A stretch of 64,000 bases of DNA from an uncultured Chitinophagales bacterium (GCA_964422925.1 CAYRDC010000004.1:19838-83837), one strand, 5' to 3'. Positions 16,164-26,397 are shown, counted from the first letter of the stretch. Numbers and translations: made by a program. Notes: generated from the letters alone by a model not told the origin.

Positions 16164-16796
16164 GTGCAAAGTCAGCGGCTATGGCCCTCCGGGAATGTTC
16201 TAATTTGCCGGCTGTTGATACTCAAGGGAGGAAATATCCAGTCATTGACCGATGCCCGGTTTTTTGCCAGTTGGGGGGCCGATTGGATAAGTCTGAACCT
16301 GGACCCGGAAACAGGCATTGACACCGGGCTGGCGGGAGAAATCGTATCCTGGCTTTCAGGGCCGCAGATTGCCGGGGAATGGCAAAACCCCGGAAATATT
16401 TCCCCGGAAGCTGTGGCAGACCTGGGCCTGAACGGAGTGCAATGGCCGCTTGGTTCCGGGCCCGGACTGGAACTGCCCGGCATTACCATTTTCCGGGAAT
16501 CAACCCTGCCGGAAGCCGAAAGCATCGGCCCGAAGGCCCGGTTCGACTACCTGGTTTTGAAAACGGATACTCCTCCGGATCAATGGAATAAAGAAGCAGT
16601 GAAAAGCATAATGAAGCTTACCGTAAAATATGAAGTAGTGCTCCAGGCCCCTGTGCAGCCGCAGGCATTGCCCCGCGTGGCGGAGTTTGGTTTTACCGGG
16701 TTGAACCTGGACGCCATCCCGGAAGAGCAAACTGGCTTGAAAGCGTTTGACGACCTGAATGAACTGCTGGAAAAATGGCAGGAACTGTATGGATGA
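16164..16796 (+). CDS. Hypothetical protein, weakly reminiscent of a TrpF-like TIM barrel N-terminus
   Basis: The ORF is open from a GTG at 16164 and the true start is uncertain. LKGGNIQSLTDARFFASWGADWISLNL loosely parallels the KICGI...GAD.iGf opening of phosphoribosylanthranilate isomerases. No catalytic motif is recognised. Confidence 0.4.
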   Translation: MQSQRLWPSGNVLICRLLILKGGNIQSLTDARFFASWGADWISLNLDPETGIDTGLAGEIVSWLSGPQIAGEWQNPGNISPEAVADLGLNGVQWPLGSGPGLELPGITIFRESTLPEAESIGPKARFDYLVLKTDTPPDQWNKEAVKSIMKLTVKYEVVLQAPVQPQALPRVAEFGFTGLNLDAIPEEQTGLKAFDDLNELLEKWQELYG

Positions 16797-18081
16797 ACTG
16801 AACACATATCTTCAAAACAACCGGACCCTGCCGCAACAGTTGCAGGAACCTCCTCCGGACGGTCTCTGGATGGTGGTTGCCATTCCTGCCTGTGCCGAGC
16901 CAAACGTGGTAAATACACTCCAGTCGCTGTGGGAATGCGACCGGCCCAATGCTCCGGTAGAAATAATCATTCTGTTCAACAGCCATGAATACGATGAAGA
17001 CGATGTAGTGGAAATGAACCAAAACATTTACTGGCTGGTCATGGACTGGGCCAGGCGCCATGCAGACCCCAAAATTCATTACCGGTTTCTTCAGCTGCTG
17101 AACATTCCACGCGATAAGGCCACGATAGGCTGGCTGCGTAAAGCCGTAATGGATGAAGCGGCAGGAAGGTTATCTCTGGCCGGCAACCCGGACGGGATTA
17201 TCGTCACCCTTGACGCGGATTGTGAAGTGTCGTCAAATTATCTGACCGGGATCGAGGCCTGGTTTCACCTGCACCCGGAAGCCGAAGCAGCCACTTTGCA
17301 TTTTGAACATCCACTGCACGGGCCGCTGGACAGCAGCTTGTATAAAGGCATTACCCTGCATGAACTGTTTTTACGCTATTATGCCGAAGGAATACGCTAC
17401 AGCGGGTTCCCTTACGGATGGCTTACCCTGGGTTCAGCCATGGCGGTGAGGGCAGCGGCCTATGCCAAAGCAGGGGGTATGAACACGCGCGTAGCGTTTG
17501 AGGATTTCCATTTCCTGAAGCAATTTATGACTCCGGACAGGTTCGGGCAGATCAGTGAAATCACCGTTTATCCTTCTCCCCGTGAATCAACCCGGATTCC
17601 TGCCGGTACCGGGCAGGTTCAGCACCGGTGGATGCGGCAAAAAGATAATTATTACCTTGCTTACGACCCCCGCAGCTTCCGGGATCTGAAAACCTTTGCT
17701 GAACAGATTCCCGGCCTGTATTCGCTGGATAAACCCAATGAATACAACCGGTTTATCATGGAACTGCCGCAAAGCGTTATATCCTGGTTGACTGATTCCA
17801 ATTTTTACGAGCAATTGCTGGAAGTAAAGGCCAGGAGCGACACCCCGGAGTCATTTATACAAGCCTTTTATCAACGTTTCGATGCGTGGTGGGTACGGCA
17901 ATACATTCGCCATTCCCGGGATCATTTTTACCCGGAAATCCGCGTGGAGGAAGCGTCTTCCAGATTGCTGGAATGGATTACAGGACGGGTATTGGGCACA
18001 CCAATCCCGCAAGATCTTTTGGATCTTTTCCGGCTTCGGCAACAACAAAGAGTACGTCAACCTCGCAAAATAGTCGTTTAA
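16789..18081 (+). CDS. Glycosyltransferase family 2 protein
   Basis: VVAIPACAEPNVVNTLQSL and TLDADCEV (DxD-type) mark a GT-A fold. The ATG at 16789 overlaps the upstream stop (ATGGATGA). Confidence 0.75.
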   Translation: MDELNTYLQNNRTLPQQLQEPPPDGLWMVVAIPACAEPNVVNTLQSLWECDRPNAPVEIIILFNSHEYDEDDVVEMNQNIYWLVMDWARRHADPKIHYRFLQLLNIPRDKATIGWLRKAVMDEAAGRLSLAGNPDGIIVTLDADCEVSSNYLTGIEAWFHLHPEAEAATLHFEHPLHGPLDSSLYKGITLHELFLRYYAEGIRYSGFPYGWLTLGSAMAVRAAAYAKAGGMNTRVAFEDFHFLKQFMTPDRFGQISEITVYPSPRESTRIPAGTGQVQHRWMRQKDNYYLAYDPRSFRDLKTFAEQIPGLYSLDKPNEYNRFIMELPQSVISWLTDSNFYEQLLEVKARSDTPESFIQAFYQRFDAWWVRQYIRHSRDHFYPEIRVEEASSRLLEWITGRVLGTPIPQDLLDLFRLRQQQRVRQPRKIVV

Positions 18082-18085
18082 GCAA

Positions 18086-18358
18086 CTAATTCAGGCCGGC
18101 AACCAGGTCTTTGCTGGGTTTGAACTTTACGGTTTTGCGAGCTGGAATATACACCGGTTTACCCGTGTTCATATCCCTCCCCTTACGGGGCCGCTGCTGT
18201 TTCACCGTAAACGTACCCAAACCAATAAGTGCAATCCGCTCTCCTTCCAATAGCCGGCTCCGGCATATTGACAGCATGGATTCCACATACTTTTCAGCCC
18301 TCACTTTGGTTACCCCCAGTTCAGCAGCAATTTCAGCGATCAAATCTTTTTTGTTCAT
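18086..18358 (-). CDS. HU family DNA-binding protein
   Basis: 90 aa. MNKKDLIAEIA...GERIALIGLGTFTVKQQRPRKGRDMNTGKPVYIPARKTVKFKPSK is a canonical HU fold sequence. Confidence 0.9.
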   Translation of the reverse strand: MNKKDLIAEIAAELGVTKVRAEKYVESMLSICRSRLLEGERIALIGLGTFTVKQQRPRKGRDMNTGKPVYIPARKTVKFKPSKDLVAGLN

Positions 18359-18406
18359 ATAATTGCTGTATTAAGGGTGAAATTAATAACAACGAGGGAT
18401 TATGTA

Positions 18407-18414
18407 CAAATATA
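18407..18414 (-). promoter_or_regulatory. Candidate -7 promoter box for the HU gene
   Basis: The minus strand reads tatatttg, 49 nt upstream of the ATG at 18358. Confidence 0.4.
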
Positions 18415-18486
18415 AAAAAATGAACGGGATTAAAAAGCATTTCAGGATTTTTTCTTTAGAATATTAAGGACTCCTGTATAATTCCA

Positions 18487-18494
18487 TATTTTTG
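18487..18494 (+). promoter_or_regulatory. Candidate -7 promoter box for the S8 peptidase gene
   Basis: tatttttg lies 15 nt upstream of the ATG at 18509, which implies a very short leader. Confidence 0.35.
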
Positions 18495-18508
18495 ACAAAG
18501 CACTTGTC

Positions 18509-20110
18509 ATGGTAAGATTTCCGCTTTCATTTATTCTGTTTTGGGGTTATTCCCTCCTGGTTTCAGGACAAATCCAGGAAAAGTATTGGGTGTATTTCAC
18601 GGACAAGGACGGTTGTTCGCTGGACCCTTACCAGTATTTTGATCGGAAAGCCATTGAGCGCAGGCAGAAATGCGGGATACCCCTGGTGGAGTTCACTGAT
18701 CTTCCCGTTCGGACCGATTACCTGGAAGTAATTCGGCAACACGTGGATTCCCTCCTCGGGGCCAGTCGCTGGCTCAATGCAGCTTGGGTCCTGGCCACCG
18801 AACAACAGGCTGTCGGGCTGAACAGTATGCCGGGAGTCCTGCGCGTAGTTCCATCCGGTTCACAGGCATATATGGCCGGCTGGAAAGAGGCCGCTCCTCC
18901 TGATTTTGATATCCCGCTGGCCAGAGGGCAAACCCAGCGCCTGCAGGTCGATTCATTCCGGAACCGGGGCTTGGACGGAAGCCATGTGCGCATTGCCGTA
19001 TTCGATATCGGGTTTCCGGGAGTCGATAAGCATCCTGCTTTCGCACATATCCGGGAGGAAGGACGTATCCTGAAAACTTGGAATTTCATAACCGGTAAAG
19101 AAAACGTATACCGCGGAGTCGGCCATGGACGGATGGTCTTATCCTGCATTGCCGGCATGGCGGATTCGCTCCCCCTGGGGCTGGCCCCGAAAGCGGAATT
19201 TCTGCTGGCTGTTACCGAACGTATGATCTCCGAAAACGCATCTGAAGAAGACAACTGGATACTTGCTGCAGAATGGGCTGATAAAAACGGAGCAGACATT
19301 ATCAGTTCATCGCTGGGATATACCTACGAAAGATATTTCCAGAAAGAAATGGACGGTCATACCGCACCGATCAGCCGGGCCGCTAACCTGGCTGCCCATA
19401 AAGGTATATTGATAGTGCAGGCGGCAGGCAATGAAAACGGAAACCGCTGGGGTACCATTATTGCCCCTGCCGATGCGGACAGTGTGCTTACCGTTGCCGG
19501 AACCAACCCGTGGACGGATTATGCCATCAATTTCTCATCCCACGGACCGGCCGCCAATGGCCATCCCAAACCCAATGTAGCTGCTTATGGAACCGTAGTG
19601 GCTGCCGGCCCTCTCAATAAATACCTCTCGGTAAGCGGCACTTCTTTTTCAACTCCCTTGATTGCAGGGTTTGCCGCTTGTGTCATGCAACTCCATCCCG
19701 ACTGGACCAATATGCAGGTGTTCCATGCCATAGAAAAAGCCGGCCATTTGTATCCATACTATGACTACGCCCACGGATACGGCATTCCCCAGGCCGGGAA
19801 AATACTGCACCCCGGTCTGCCCAAGCCTGCCCCCACTTTCACCATAAAATCAGATGTGGATTCCCTGTACATCTTACCTTCTGACTCTGTCTTTACCAAG
19901 CCGGGACCAAAAAATCTATATCTTGCGGTGTACAATTCAGACCATTTTGTGAAGCGATATATGGCAATCCGGTTGGAGGAAACCGGGCAGGTTTCCTTGT
20001 CAAGATGGGACTTTACATCATTGGAAGGCGCCTCTTATCTGCAGATTCACCTGGAAGGATATACTGAAAAAATAAACTTAAAAGACATACCATGGCGAGA
20101 AGAACCTTAA
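18509..20110 (+). CDS. S8 family (subtilisin-like) serine peptidase
   Basis: It has a signal peptide and all three triad contexts: IAVFDIGF (Asp), GVGHGRMV (His) and GTSFSTPLIAG (Ser). Confidence 0.85.
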   Translation: MVRFPLSFILFWGYSLLVSGQIQEKYWVYFTDKDGCSLDPYQYFDRKAIERRQKCGIPLVEFTDLPVRTDYLEVIRQHVDSLLGASRWLNAAWVLATEQQAVGLNSMPGVLRVVPSGSQAYMAGWKEAAPPDFDIPLARGQTQRLQVDSFRNRGLDGSHVRIAVFDIGFPGVDKHPAFAHIREEGRILKTWNFITGKENVYRGVGHGRMVLSCIAGMADSLPLGLAPKAEFLLAVTERMISENASEEDNWILAAEWADKNGADIISSSLGYTYERYFQKEMDGHTAPISRAANLAAHKGILIVQAAGNENGNRWGTIIAPADADSVLTVAGTNPWTDYAINFSSHGPAANGHPKPNVAAYGTVVAAGPLNKYLSVSGTSFSTPLIAGFAACVMQLHPDWTNMQVFHAIEKAGHLYPYYDYAHGYGIPQAGKILHPGLPKPAPTFTIKSDVDSLYILPSDSVFTKPGPKNLYLAVYNSDHFVKRYMAIRLEETGQVSLSRWDFTSLEGASYLQIHLEGYTEKINLKDIPWREEP

Positions 20111-20784
20111 TCTTGCTGATGTGCCTGGCTTCCCTAGCGCTCACTGCCCAAACAGTGGTGCTCGATGTGAAGACAGACACCACGAAAGACAATTCATACG
20201 GACAAAACAAAAAGAATTTTGTACATACTTTTTTCAGCTATGGATTATTTGCTTCCGGGGGGAACCCGGGTGCAGAGATTATTCCCTGGGCCAGTTATGA
20301 TATGTCATCCGGTCTGCGATATAAGCACAAATGGACGGAAGTGCTGTCTTCCGGGGCAGAAATCGGGTGGCACGGGCAATCTTTTGCGCTAAAACAGCAA
20401 GCCGGCAAGGTGCTTCCAAATACGGCTATAAACCAATCGGAAGACTTGTTTTACAATGCGCTGGAAATTAATATCTACCAGCGGTTTAACTGGGGAAAGC
20501 GCGGAGATATTATCGGTAATTTTATTGACCTGGCTGTCGGTGCCGATTTGTTCGCGGGCCTGCGGCATCATACGGTAAATACCCTGAACAACGGGGTAGT
20601 CCGCGAAGTGACTGACCGCAAACTCAGCTATGGCAGAAAGTATTTTCTGCATGCCATTTTAAGGGCTGGTTTTAACCGGTGGGTGGCTTACGTGAGATAC
20701 CGGTTTACGCCTATCATTGAACCTGCCTCACTCTACCCGGCATTGCCTGCCCTATCCATTGGGGTGCAAATCGGGTTTCACTAA
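20092..20784 (+). CDS. Putative outer-membrane beta-barrel protein (hypothetical)
   Basis: The signal peptide is MARRTLILLMCLASLALTAQT. The rest alternates aromatic/hydrophobic beta-strand patterns. It overlaps the S8 gene end by 19 nt. Confidence 0.5.
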   Translation: MARRTLILLMCLASLALTAQTVVLDVKTDTTKDNSYGQNKKNFVHTFFSYGLFASGGNPGAEIIPWASYDMSSGLRYKHKWTEVLSSGAEIGWHGQSFALKQQAGKVLPNTAINQSEDLFYNALEINIYQRFNWGKRGDIIGNFIDLAVGADLFAGLRHHTVNTLNNGVVREVTDRKLSYGRKYFLHAILRAGFNRWVAYVRYRFTPIIEPASLYPALPALSIGVQIGFH

Positions 20785-20797
20785 ACAGCAAACCGAT

Positions 20798-21823
20798 ATG
20801 AAAGCATGGTACCTGGTAAAAAACGGCAAACCGCAAGAAGCGTTTGAACTGCGGGAAACCGAAGCACCCGTGCCCGGCCCTGAACAGGTTTTAATCAGGG
20901 TGGAGGCTTCGGGATTGAATTTCGCGGATGTTATGGCCCGGCTGGGTTATTATGAAGACGCGCCCGCTATACCCTGTGTGCTGGGCTATGATGTGGCCGG
21001 GGTGGTGAAGGCTTGCGGTTCCAACGCGGATCCCGGGTTGAAAGGCAAGCGTGTGGCAGCCCTTACCCGTTTCGGAGGATATGCCGAATACGCCCTGACG
21101 GACCACCGGGCGCTTGCCGTGCTCCCTGACAATATTTCGTTTTCGGAAGGAACCGCACTGGGAACCCAGTACCTGACCGCATGGTATTCCATGTTCATGC
21201 ATATGCGGCTTATCCCGGGCGATGTGATTCTGGTCCACGCGGCTGCCGGAGGGGTGGGCACCGCACTTACGCAAATGGCCCGGCATATCGGCTGCCAGGT
21301 CATCGGTTTGGTGGGAAGCGATGAAAAAATACCTTACGTGCGGGAAAACGGGGTGGATTACCCGGTCAATTACCGCAAAACGGATTACGAACAGGAAGCG
21401 CTGCGCATCCTGGGCAACAAACGGCTACGGGCTTCCTTCAACCCGGTAGCCGGAAAATCATTCAAAAAGGATATACGCCTGCTTGGAGCCGGAGGGACTT
21501 TGCTGTTGTTCGGAGCCTCATCGCGGGTGGGCAGGCTGGGGAAGGGTCTGGCTTCATTGAAAATGATTTGGGATATGGGTATTTTGCTGCCAATTCTCTT
21601 GGTGGCCAAATCCAAATCCATTGCCGGGGTAAATATGCTGCGCATCGCGGACCATCAACCGCAACTCATTGAATACGCTATGGGCAAGCTCGTCAGATTG
21701 CTCGAAAGAAACCTGATCCGCCCACATATCGGAGCTGTATTTCCCGCGGAAGATCTACCTGCAGCCCATGCGTTGCTCGAAAGTCGGAAATCCATGGGTA
21801 AAATCTGCATTATCTGGTCCTAA
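20798..21823 (+). CDS. Medium-chain dehydrogenase/reductase (quinone oxidoreductase-like)
   Basis: The ATG at 20798 gives MKAWYLVKNGKPQEAFELRE. There is a GroES-like N-terminus and an AAGGVG Rossmann motif. Confidence 0.85.
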   Translation: MKAWYLVKNGKPQEAFELRETEAPVPGPEQVLIRVEASGLNFADVMARLGYYEDAPAIPCVLGYDVAGVVKACGSNADPGLKGKRVAALTRFGGYAEYALTDHRALAVLPDNISFSEGTALGTQYLTAWYSMFMHMRLIPGDVILVHAAAGGVGTALTQMARHIGCQVIGLVGSDEKIPYVRENGVDYPVNYRKTDYEQEALRILGNKRLRASFNPVAGKSFKKDIRLLGAGGTLLLFGASSRVGRLGKGLASLKMIWDMGILLPILLVAKSKSIAGVNMLRIADHQPQLIEYAMGKLVRLLERNLIRPHIGAVFPAEDLPAAHALLESRKSMGKICIIWS

Positions 21824-21835
21824 TTCCGTTTTTCC

Positions 21836-21843
21836 TATATTTG
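21836..21843 (+). promoter_or_regulatory. Candidate -7 promoter box for the 1150-aa T9SS cargo gene
   Basis: tatatttg lies 36 nt upstream of the ATG at 21879. Confidence 0.4.
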
Positions 21844-21878
21844 AATACCCGGTAAGCCCGGCCTAAAATCCATTTATT

Positions 21879-24800
21879 ATGTATCGGTTTATCAAAAAAT
21901 TCAGGCCGCGCCTGAAAAACGCCATGGCCATTTACCTGATGGCCGGCTTCTTTTTACCCGCATCAGCAGGCGATACCATAACCGTACAAACATTTACTTT
22001 CGGGTCGCCACAGGAGGGAACCTTCCTGTTTCCGCCCGATACGGTGCGTTTTGAAAAGATTTTGATGTACTACACCCTGAAATGCAATCCGGCCCAGAAT
22101 CCGGCCTGCGGGGAATGGGATTACCTGACCTACACCTACCTGTTTGACCATACCGGGCAGTACGATTCTATCCTGCAGAGCCATCCGAACTTCACGGTGG
22201 GCGGGCTGACCCCGGATTCGCTCAGCCTGGCTTTCCAGCCTGCCTGGAGCTTCCATCCGTATTTTGAATACTTTATCACCTATACCGATACCCTGAGCCA
22301 GCACCAGGGGCAGGTTGGGAACGGAACCCAGCTAACAGCCATACCCTTCGGTACCAACATACACCAAGCCCGGTCATTTCTGCTTTGGAAGGCCTCTGAA
22401 CTGCAGGCTGCCGGCTTGTCAGCTGGGGATATTACAAATCTGAAAGTTTTCTTTACCCAGCTTGGAATCCCGATGAATCACCTGACTATTCGCATGGCGC
22501 ATACAACGGTGGGCACACTCGACAGTCTGTCCTGGCCATCACCGCCCGGCCTCCAGGAAGTTTATCATCGCAAAACGGACTTCCAGGATACCGGCTGGGT
22601 TACATTCAATCTTACCACCCCGTTTAACTGGGACGGCACCTCCAATATCCTCATGGAGATATGTTTTGACAATCCCTCCACCGGTTTGTCATACAAGGCA
22701 AAAGGAGAAACCACCTCCGGCTTTACTAGTGTTTTAACAGCGTTTGGCAGGGATTACGCCCTGAAGTTCCGCGATGCAGACCATGTGGATGTGCCGGTCC
22801 AGGTTTTCAACGATATTGACAGCGCTATCACGATTGAATTCTGGCAGTATGGCGACCCGGATATCCAGCCGCAAAGCGATATCATCTTTGAAGGGATTGA
22901 TTCGGCAGGTAACCGGGTGCTGAACGCGCACCTCCCCTGGGGCAACGGAAGGGTATACTGGGATGCCGGGAATAACGGTAACAGCTACGACCGCATTGAC
23001 AAAGCCGCCAACCCGGCTGATTACGAAGGCCGGTGGAATCACTGGGCCTTTGTGAAAGATGTTGCAACAGGTAGCATGAAAATTTACCTAAACGGGCAGC
23101 TATGGCATTCCGGCACAGGAAAAAACCGGCTGATGAACGGTATTGTAAAGTTTACCATCGGCTCCGGAGCGCACCTGAACTATTTCTATGACGGGATGAT
23201 AAACGAATTCCGGATTTGGAACATCGCCCTGCCGGATTCCCTGATCCGGGACGGCATGTACCGCAAGATTAACAGCAGTCACCCATTCTGGGACAATTTA
23301 AAAGCCTATTACCGGTTTGACGATGCGGTCAGTAATTGCGCAGCCGATTATTCAGATTATTCCAACCTGGCCACCATGTATGGGGCACCGGAATGGGTGC
23401 GTATCCCGGCCTGTGACCTGTTGTTCAAATCCTACAGCGGGCAAACCAGGCCTAACATGATTTTTGAACAAAACACTTACAACGCCTTTGTGGATTCCAC
23501 CCTGATGGTAGATTCCACGCAGCAAAACCAACTCATGGTGGTGCTTTTTGATGATACGACCCAGCCCACGGTACCCACTGACACGTTATGGGCCTGGCCG
23601 GCCTGGTACCACTACACTTACGACAGTGCCGGGCAGGCAATCGATTCCTCCCTGGCCGGCCTGGATACTACTATTTACCATGTAGAACACTACTATTACG
23701 ACCCGCCTTTCGAAATTGTGAACCGCTATGAACTCGGCCGGTTCATCACTCCGTACGGCATCGGTCTGAGCCTCGGCAATGAAGGCTGGACATGGATTTA
23801 TGACGTAACGGATTTCCGGCCCCTGCTGGCCGATTCCGTGCACTTGAAAGCCGGCAACTGGCAGGAGCTCCTGGACATGAAATTCGTAATGATTAAAGGA
23901 ACTCCACCCCGTGATGTAAAAGACATCCGCAACGTGTGGAACGGCAGCCACATGTACAACGCGGCTATCGAAAATGAATTCCTGTATCCTAAAAAATTCT
24001 TCATACCACCTGATGTGGCGCAGGCGAGGTTGCGGATCAATATCACCGGGCATGGCTTTGGCGGAAACCTGAACTGCTCCGAATTCTGTCCGCGCACCAA
24101 TACCGTCCGCGTAAACGGCCAGTTCAAGGCCCTGCAAAACCTCTGGCGGAACGACTGCGACCTGAACCCCTTGTTCCCGCAAGGCGGCACCTGGATCTAC
24201 GACCGGGCCGGCTGGTGCCCCGGATCGGAAGTAAGGCCTTTCTATTATGACCTGAGCAGCAACATCATCCCGGGCGACAGCGTGGAAGTGGATTTTGATA
24301 TGCAGCCCGGCTATGTCTGGAATGGGCAGGGCTCCACCCCCCATTACCGCATAGAATCGCAACTGGTAACCTACGGGCCGCCCAATTTTACCCTGGATGC
24401 CGCTGTGTCTGAAATCATTGCCCCGACCGACTGGGAATATTACAGGCGTTTTAACCCGATTTGCGACAACGCCATCGTAAAAATCCGGAACACGGGTTCT
24501 TCACCACTCACTTCCCTGGATATCTCTTACGGCCCGCAGCAGGGCAACAAGGCTACCTACCACTGGACGGGTAACCTCGGTTTCCTGGAAGATGAAACCG
24601 TTTATCTGCCCCCGTCTGACTGGGGTTCCTGGACCGGGCCGGATATCTTTGAAGTGACGGTTTCCAATCCCAACGGAGGCAATGACGAATACGCTGACAA
24701 CAACACCATGCGCAGTCATTTTCTTCGGACACCGCTTTACGATAACGACCTGGTGCTGTGGCTGCGAACCAACAACGCGGGTTACGAAACCAGCTATATG

Positions 24801-25331
24801 CTCAAAGACGAAAACGGGAACGTGCTGTATTCCCGCTCCAACTGCTCTAGCAACACGGTGTACAAGGATACTTTCCATCTGGCCAACGGATGCTATACCC
24901 TTACCATCAATGACTCCGGGGAAGACGGATTGTACTTCTTTGCCAACAACGATGGCTCCGGGTGGGCCCGGCTCAGAAAAATGAACGGGGTTATTGTAAA
25001 AAACTTCAAAGCCGACTTCGGATCGAAGATTTCACAGCAATTTACCACGGGCTTCCCGATGGGGACCGAAGAACCCGCACCAGAATCTTTCGTGGAGGTT
25101 TATCCCAACCCGGCCAGCGGACTTTTCAATGTGGACGTGAACCTGGCGGAAACCGAAGACCTGGACCTGACTGTTTACGACCTGACGGGACGGGCACTGT
25201 ATCACACATCCAGGCCCGGCTTTCGCCAGGGTATCATTGAGGTAGACCTTAAAGGGTTCCCGGCTGGAATGTATTTGTGTATAATGCATGCAGGAGAATT
25301 TGTATACACCGGCCGCCTGCTGGTTCAGTGA
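21879..25331 (+). CDS. Large secreted protein: LamG/concanavalin-like domain plus PNGase F-related region, with T9SS type A sorting domain
   Basis: It has a signal peptide. The LamG-like block is ITIEFWQYGD...WNHWAFVKD...MKIYLNGQL...INEFRIWN. GHGFGGNLNCSEFCPRTN resembles the peptide-N-glycosidase F C-terminal family. The C-terminus is VEVYPNPASGLFNV...GMYLCIM. Confidence 0.7.
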   Translation: MYRFIKKFRPRLKNAMAIYLMAGFFLPASAGDTITVQTFTFGSPQEGTFLFPPDTVRFEKILMYYTLKCNPAQNPACGEWDYLTYTYLFDHTGQYDSILQSHPNFTVGGLTPDSLSLAFQPAWSFHPYFEYFITYTDTLSQHQGQVGNGTQLTAIPFGTNIHQARSFLLWKASELQAAGLSAGDITNLKVFFTQLGIPMNHLTIRMAHTTVGTLDSLSWPSPPGLQEVYHRKTDFQDTGWVTFNLTTPFNWDGTSNILMEICFDNPSTGLSYKAKGETTSGFTSVLTAFGRDYALKFRDADHVDVPVQVFNDIDSAITIEFWQYGDPDIQPQSDIIFEGIDSAGNRVLNAHLPWGNGRVYWDAGNNGNSYDRIDKAANPADYEGRWNHWAFVKDVATGSMKIYLNGQLWHSGTGKNRLMNGIVKFTIGSGAHLNYFYDGMINEFRIWNIALPDSLIRDGMYRKINSSHPFWDNLKAYYRFDDAVSNCAADYSDYSNLATMYGAPEWVRIPACDLLFKSYSGQTRPNMIFEQNTYNAFVDSTLMVDSTQQNQLMVVLFDDTTQPTVPTDTLWAWPAWYHYTYDSAGQAIDSSLAGLDTTIYHVEHYYYDPPFEIVNRYELGRFITPYGIGLSLGNEGWTWIYDVTDFRPLLADSVHLKAGNWQELLDMKFVMIKGTPPRDVKDIRNVWNGSHMYNAAIENEFLYPKKFFIPPDVAQARLRINITGHGFGGNLNCSEFCPRTNTVRVNGQFKALQNLWRNDCDLNPLFPQGGTWIYDRAGWCPGSEVRPFYYDLSSNIIPGDSVEVDFDMQPGYVWNGQGSTPHYRIESQLVTYGPPNFTLDAAVSEIIAPTDWEYYRRFNPICDNAIVKIRNTGSSPLTSLDISYGPQQGNKATYHWTGNLGFLEDETVYLPPSDWGSWTGPDIFEVTVSNPNGGNDEYADNNTMRSHFLRTPLYDNDLVLWLRTNNAGYETSYMLKDENGNVLYSRSNCSSNTVYKDTFHLANGCYTLTINDSGEDGLYFFANNDGSGWARLRKMNGVIVKNFKADFGSKISQQFTTGFPMGTEEPAPESFVEVYPNPASGLFNVDVNLAETEDLDLTVYDLTGRALYHTSRPGFRQGIIEVDLKGFPAGMYLCIMHAGEFVYTGRLLVQ

Positions 25332-26353
25332 TCAGTAAACGAAAGCATGGCAAATTCCGGGTGCTCTTTATACAGGGCAGCCGATTCGCGTATGGTTTGC
25401 TCAACCGGGATGAATTCAAAATCCAGCACCTTTTGAATTTTACCGGCATCGTAACGCACGCTTTGGTAGGAACTGCAGACGGTTTCGCGGGTTAACCTGG
25501 GAGTCCTTCCGCTGAAGAAAGAAGCGATTTGATCGCCAACCATGGCCAATACCGCCAGCGCTTTCCCGGCATGGACGTTTGGAGGTCGAACGCCCAGCGC
25601 TTCAGCCATCATCCGGAACAGGTCGCGGTAATACAGGTTTTCTGATGAAACAATAAAGCGCTCGGCCGATATATCCGATTCAAGCAGCATTACCGCGGCA
25701 CGGGCCACATCTCTGACATCCACAAATCCGGTAATGCCGTCCGGATAAAAGCGGAATCCCTGGGCAACCGTTTTAAAAAGCATCAGTGAACTACGATGCC
25801 AATGTCCGGCTCCCAAAATAATGGAGGGGTTGACCATGGCCGCATCCAGCCCTTCCCCGATACCCCGCCATACTTCCATCTCGGCCAGGAATTTGCTCAG
25901 GGAATAAGCTGATTCAAAACTTCCCTCCCCGCCAAATACCTCCTCGTTGATCACTTCGAGGTCACTATGCCGCCCCAGCGCAGAAACAGAACTGATGTAA
26001 ACCAGCTTCCGGATACCCCGGGCAAGGCAAGTGTCTACCACCTGCCGGGTACCCTCCACGTTGACTGCCATCATCCGTTTGTGGTCGCGCCTGAGGAACG
26101 AAACCATGGCCGCGGCATGCACCACATAATCCATCCCCTCCACCGCGGTTTCCAGAGCTGCGATATCCGGAATTTCGGCTTCAAACCAATCCGGTTGCCT
26201 GGAGAAAGCATCGATGATCCGGATATCGCTCCCCGGGCGTTTCATGGCCCGAACCGCATACCCTCGATCCAATAATAAGTGGACTATATAAGTACCCACC
26301 AGGCCGGTGGCTCCTGTTACCAATACGCGGGGTTGCTTTCCGGAAGAGTTCAT
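25325..26353 (-). CDS. NAD-dependent epimerase/dehydratase (extended SDR) family protein
   Basis: VLVTGATGLVG Rossmann motif and YSLSK (YxxxK). Confidence 0.85.
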   Translation of the reverse strand: MNSSGKQPRVLVTGATGLVGTYIVHLLLDRGYAVRAMKRPGSDIRIIDAFSRQPDWFEAEIPDIAALETAVEGMDYVVHAAAMVSFLRRDHKRMMAVNVEGTRQVVDTCLARGIRKLVYISSVSALGRHSDLEVINEEVFGGEGSFESAYSLSKFLAEMEVWRGIGEGLDAAMVNPSIILGAGHWHRSSLMLFKTVAQGFRFYPDGITGFVDVRDVARAAVMLLESDISAERFIVSSENLYYRDLFRMMAEALGVRPPNVHAGKALAVLAMVGDQIASFFSGRTPRLTRETVCSSYQSVRYDAGKIQKVLDFEFIPVEQTIRESAALYKEHPEFAMLSFTDH

Positions 26354-26397
26354 GGACGGGAGCCAAAATTAACAGACTTGCACCGGAAGGCAAGCCC

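Noticed and set aside
23586-24362. A 258-aa minus-strand ORF inside the 1150-aa T9SS cargo gene.
   Set aside because: It is antisense to a long continuous ORF that has a signal peptide, a LamG block and a sorting domain.
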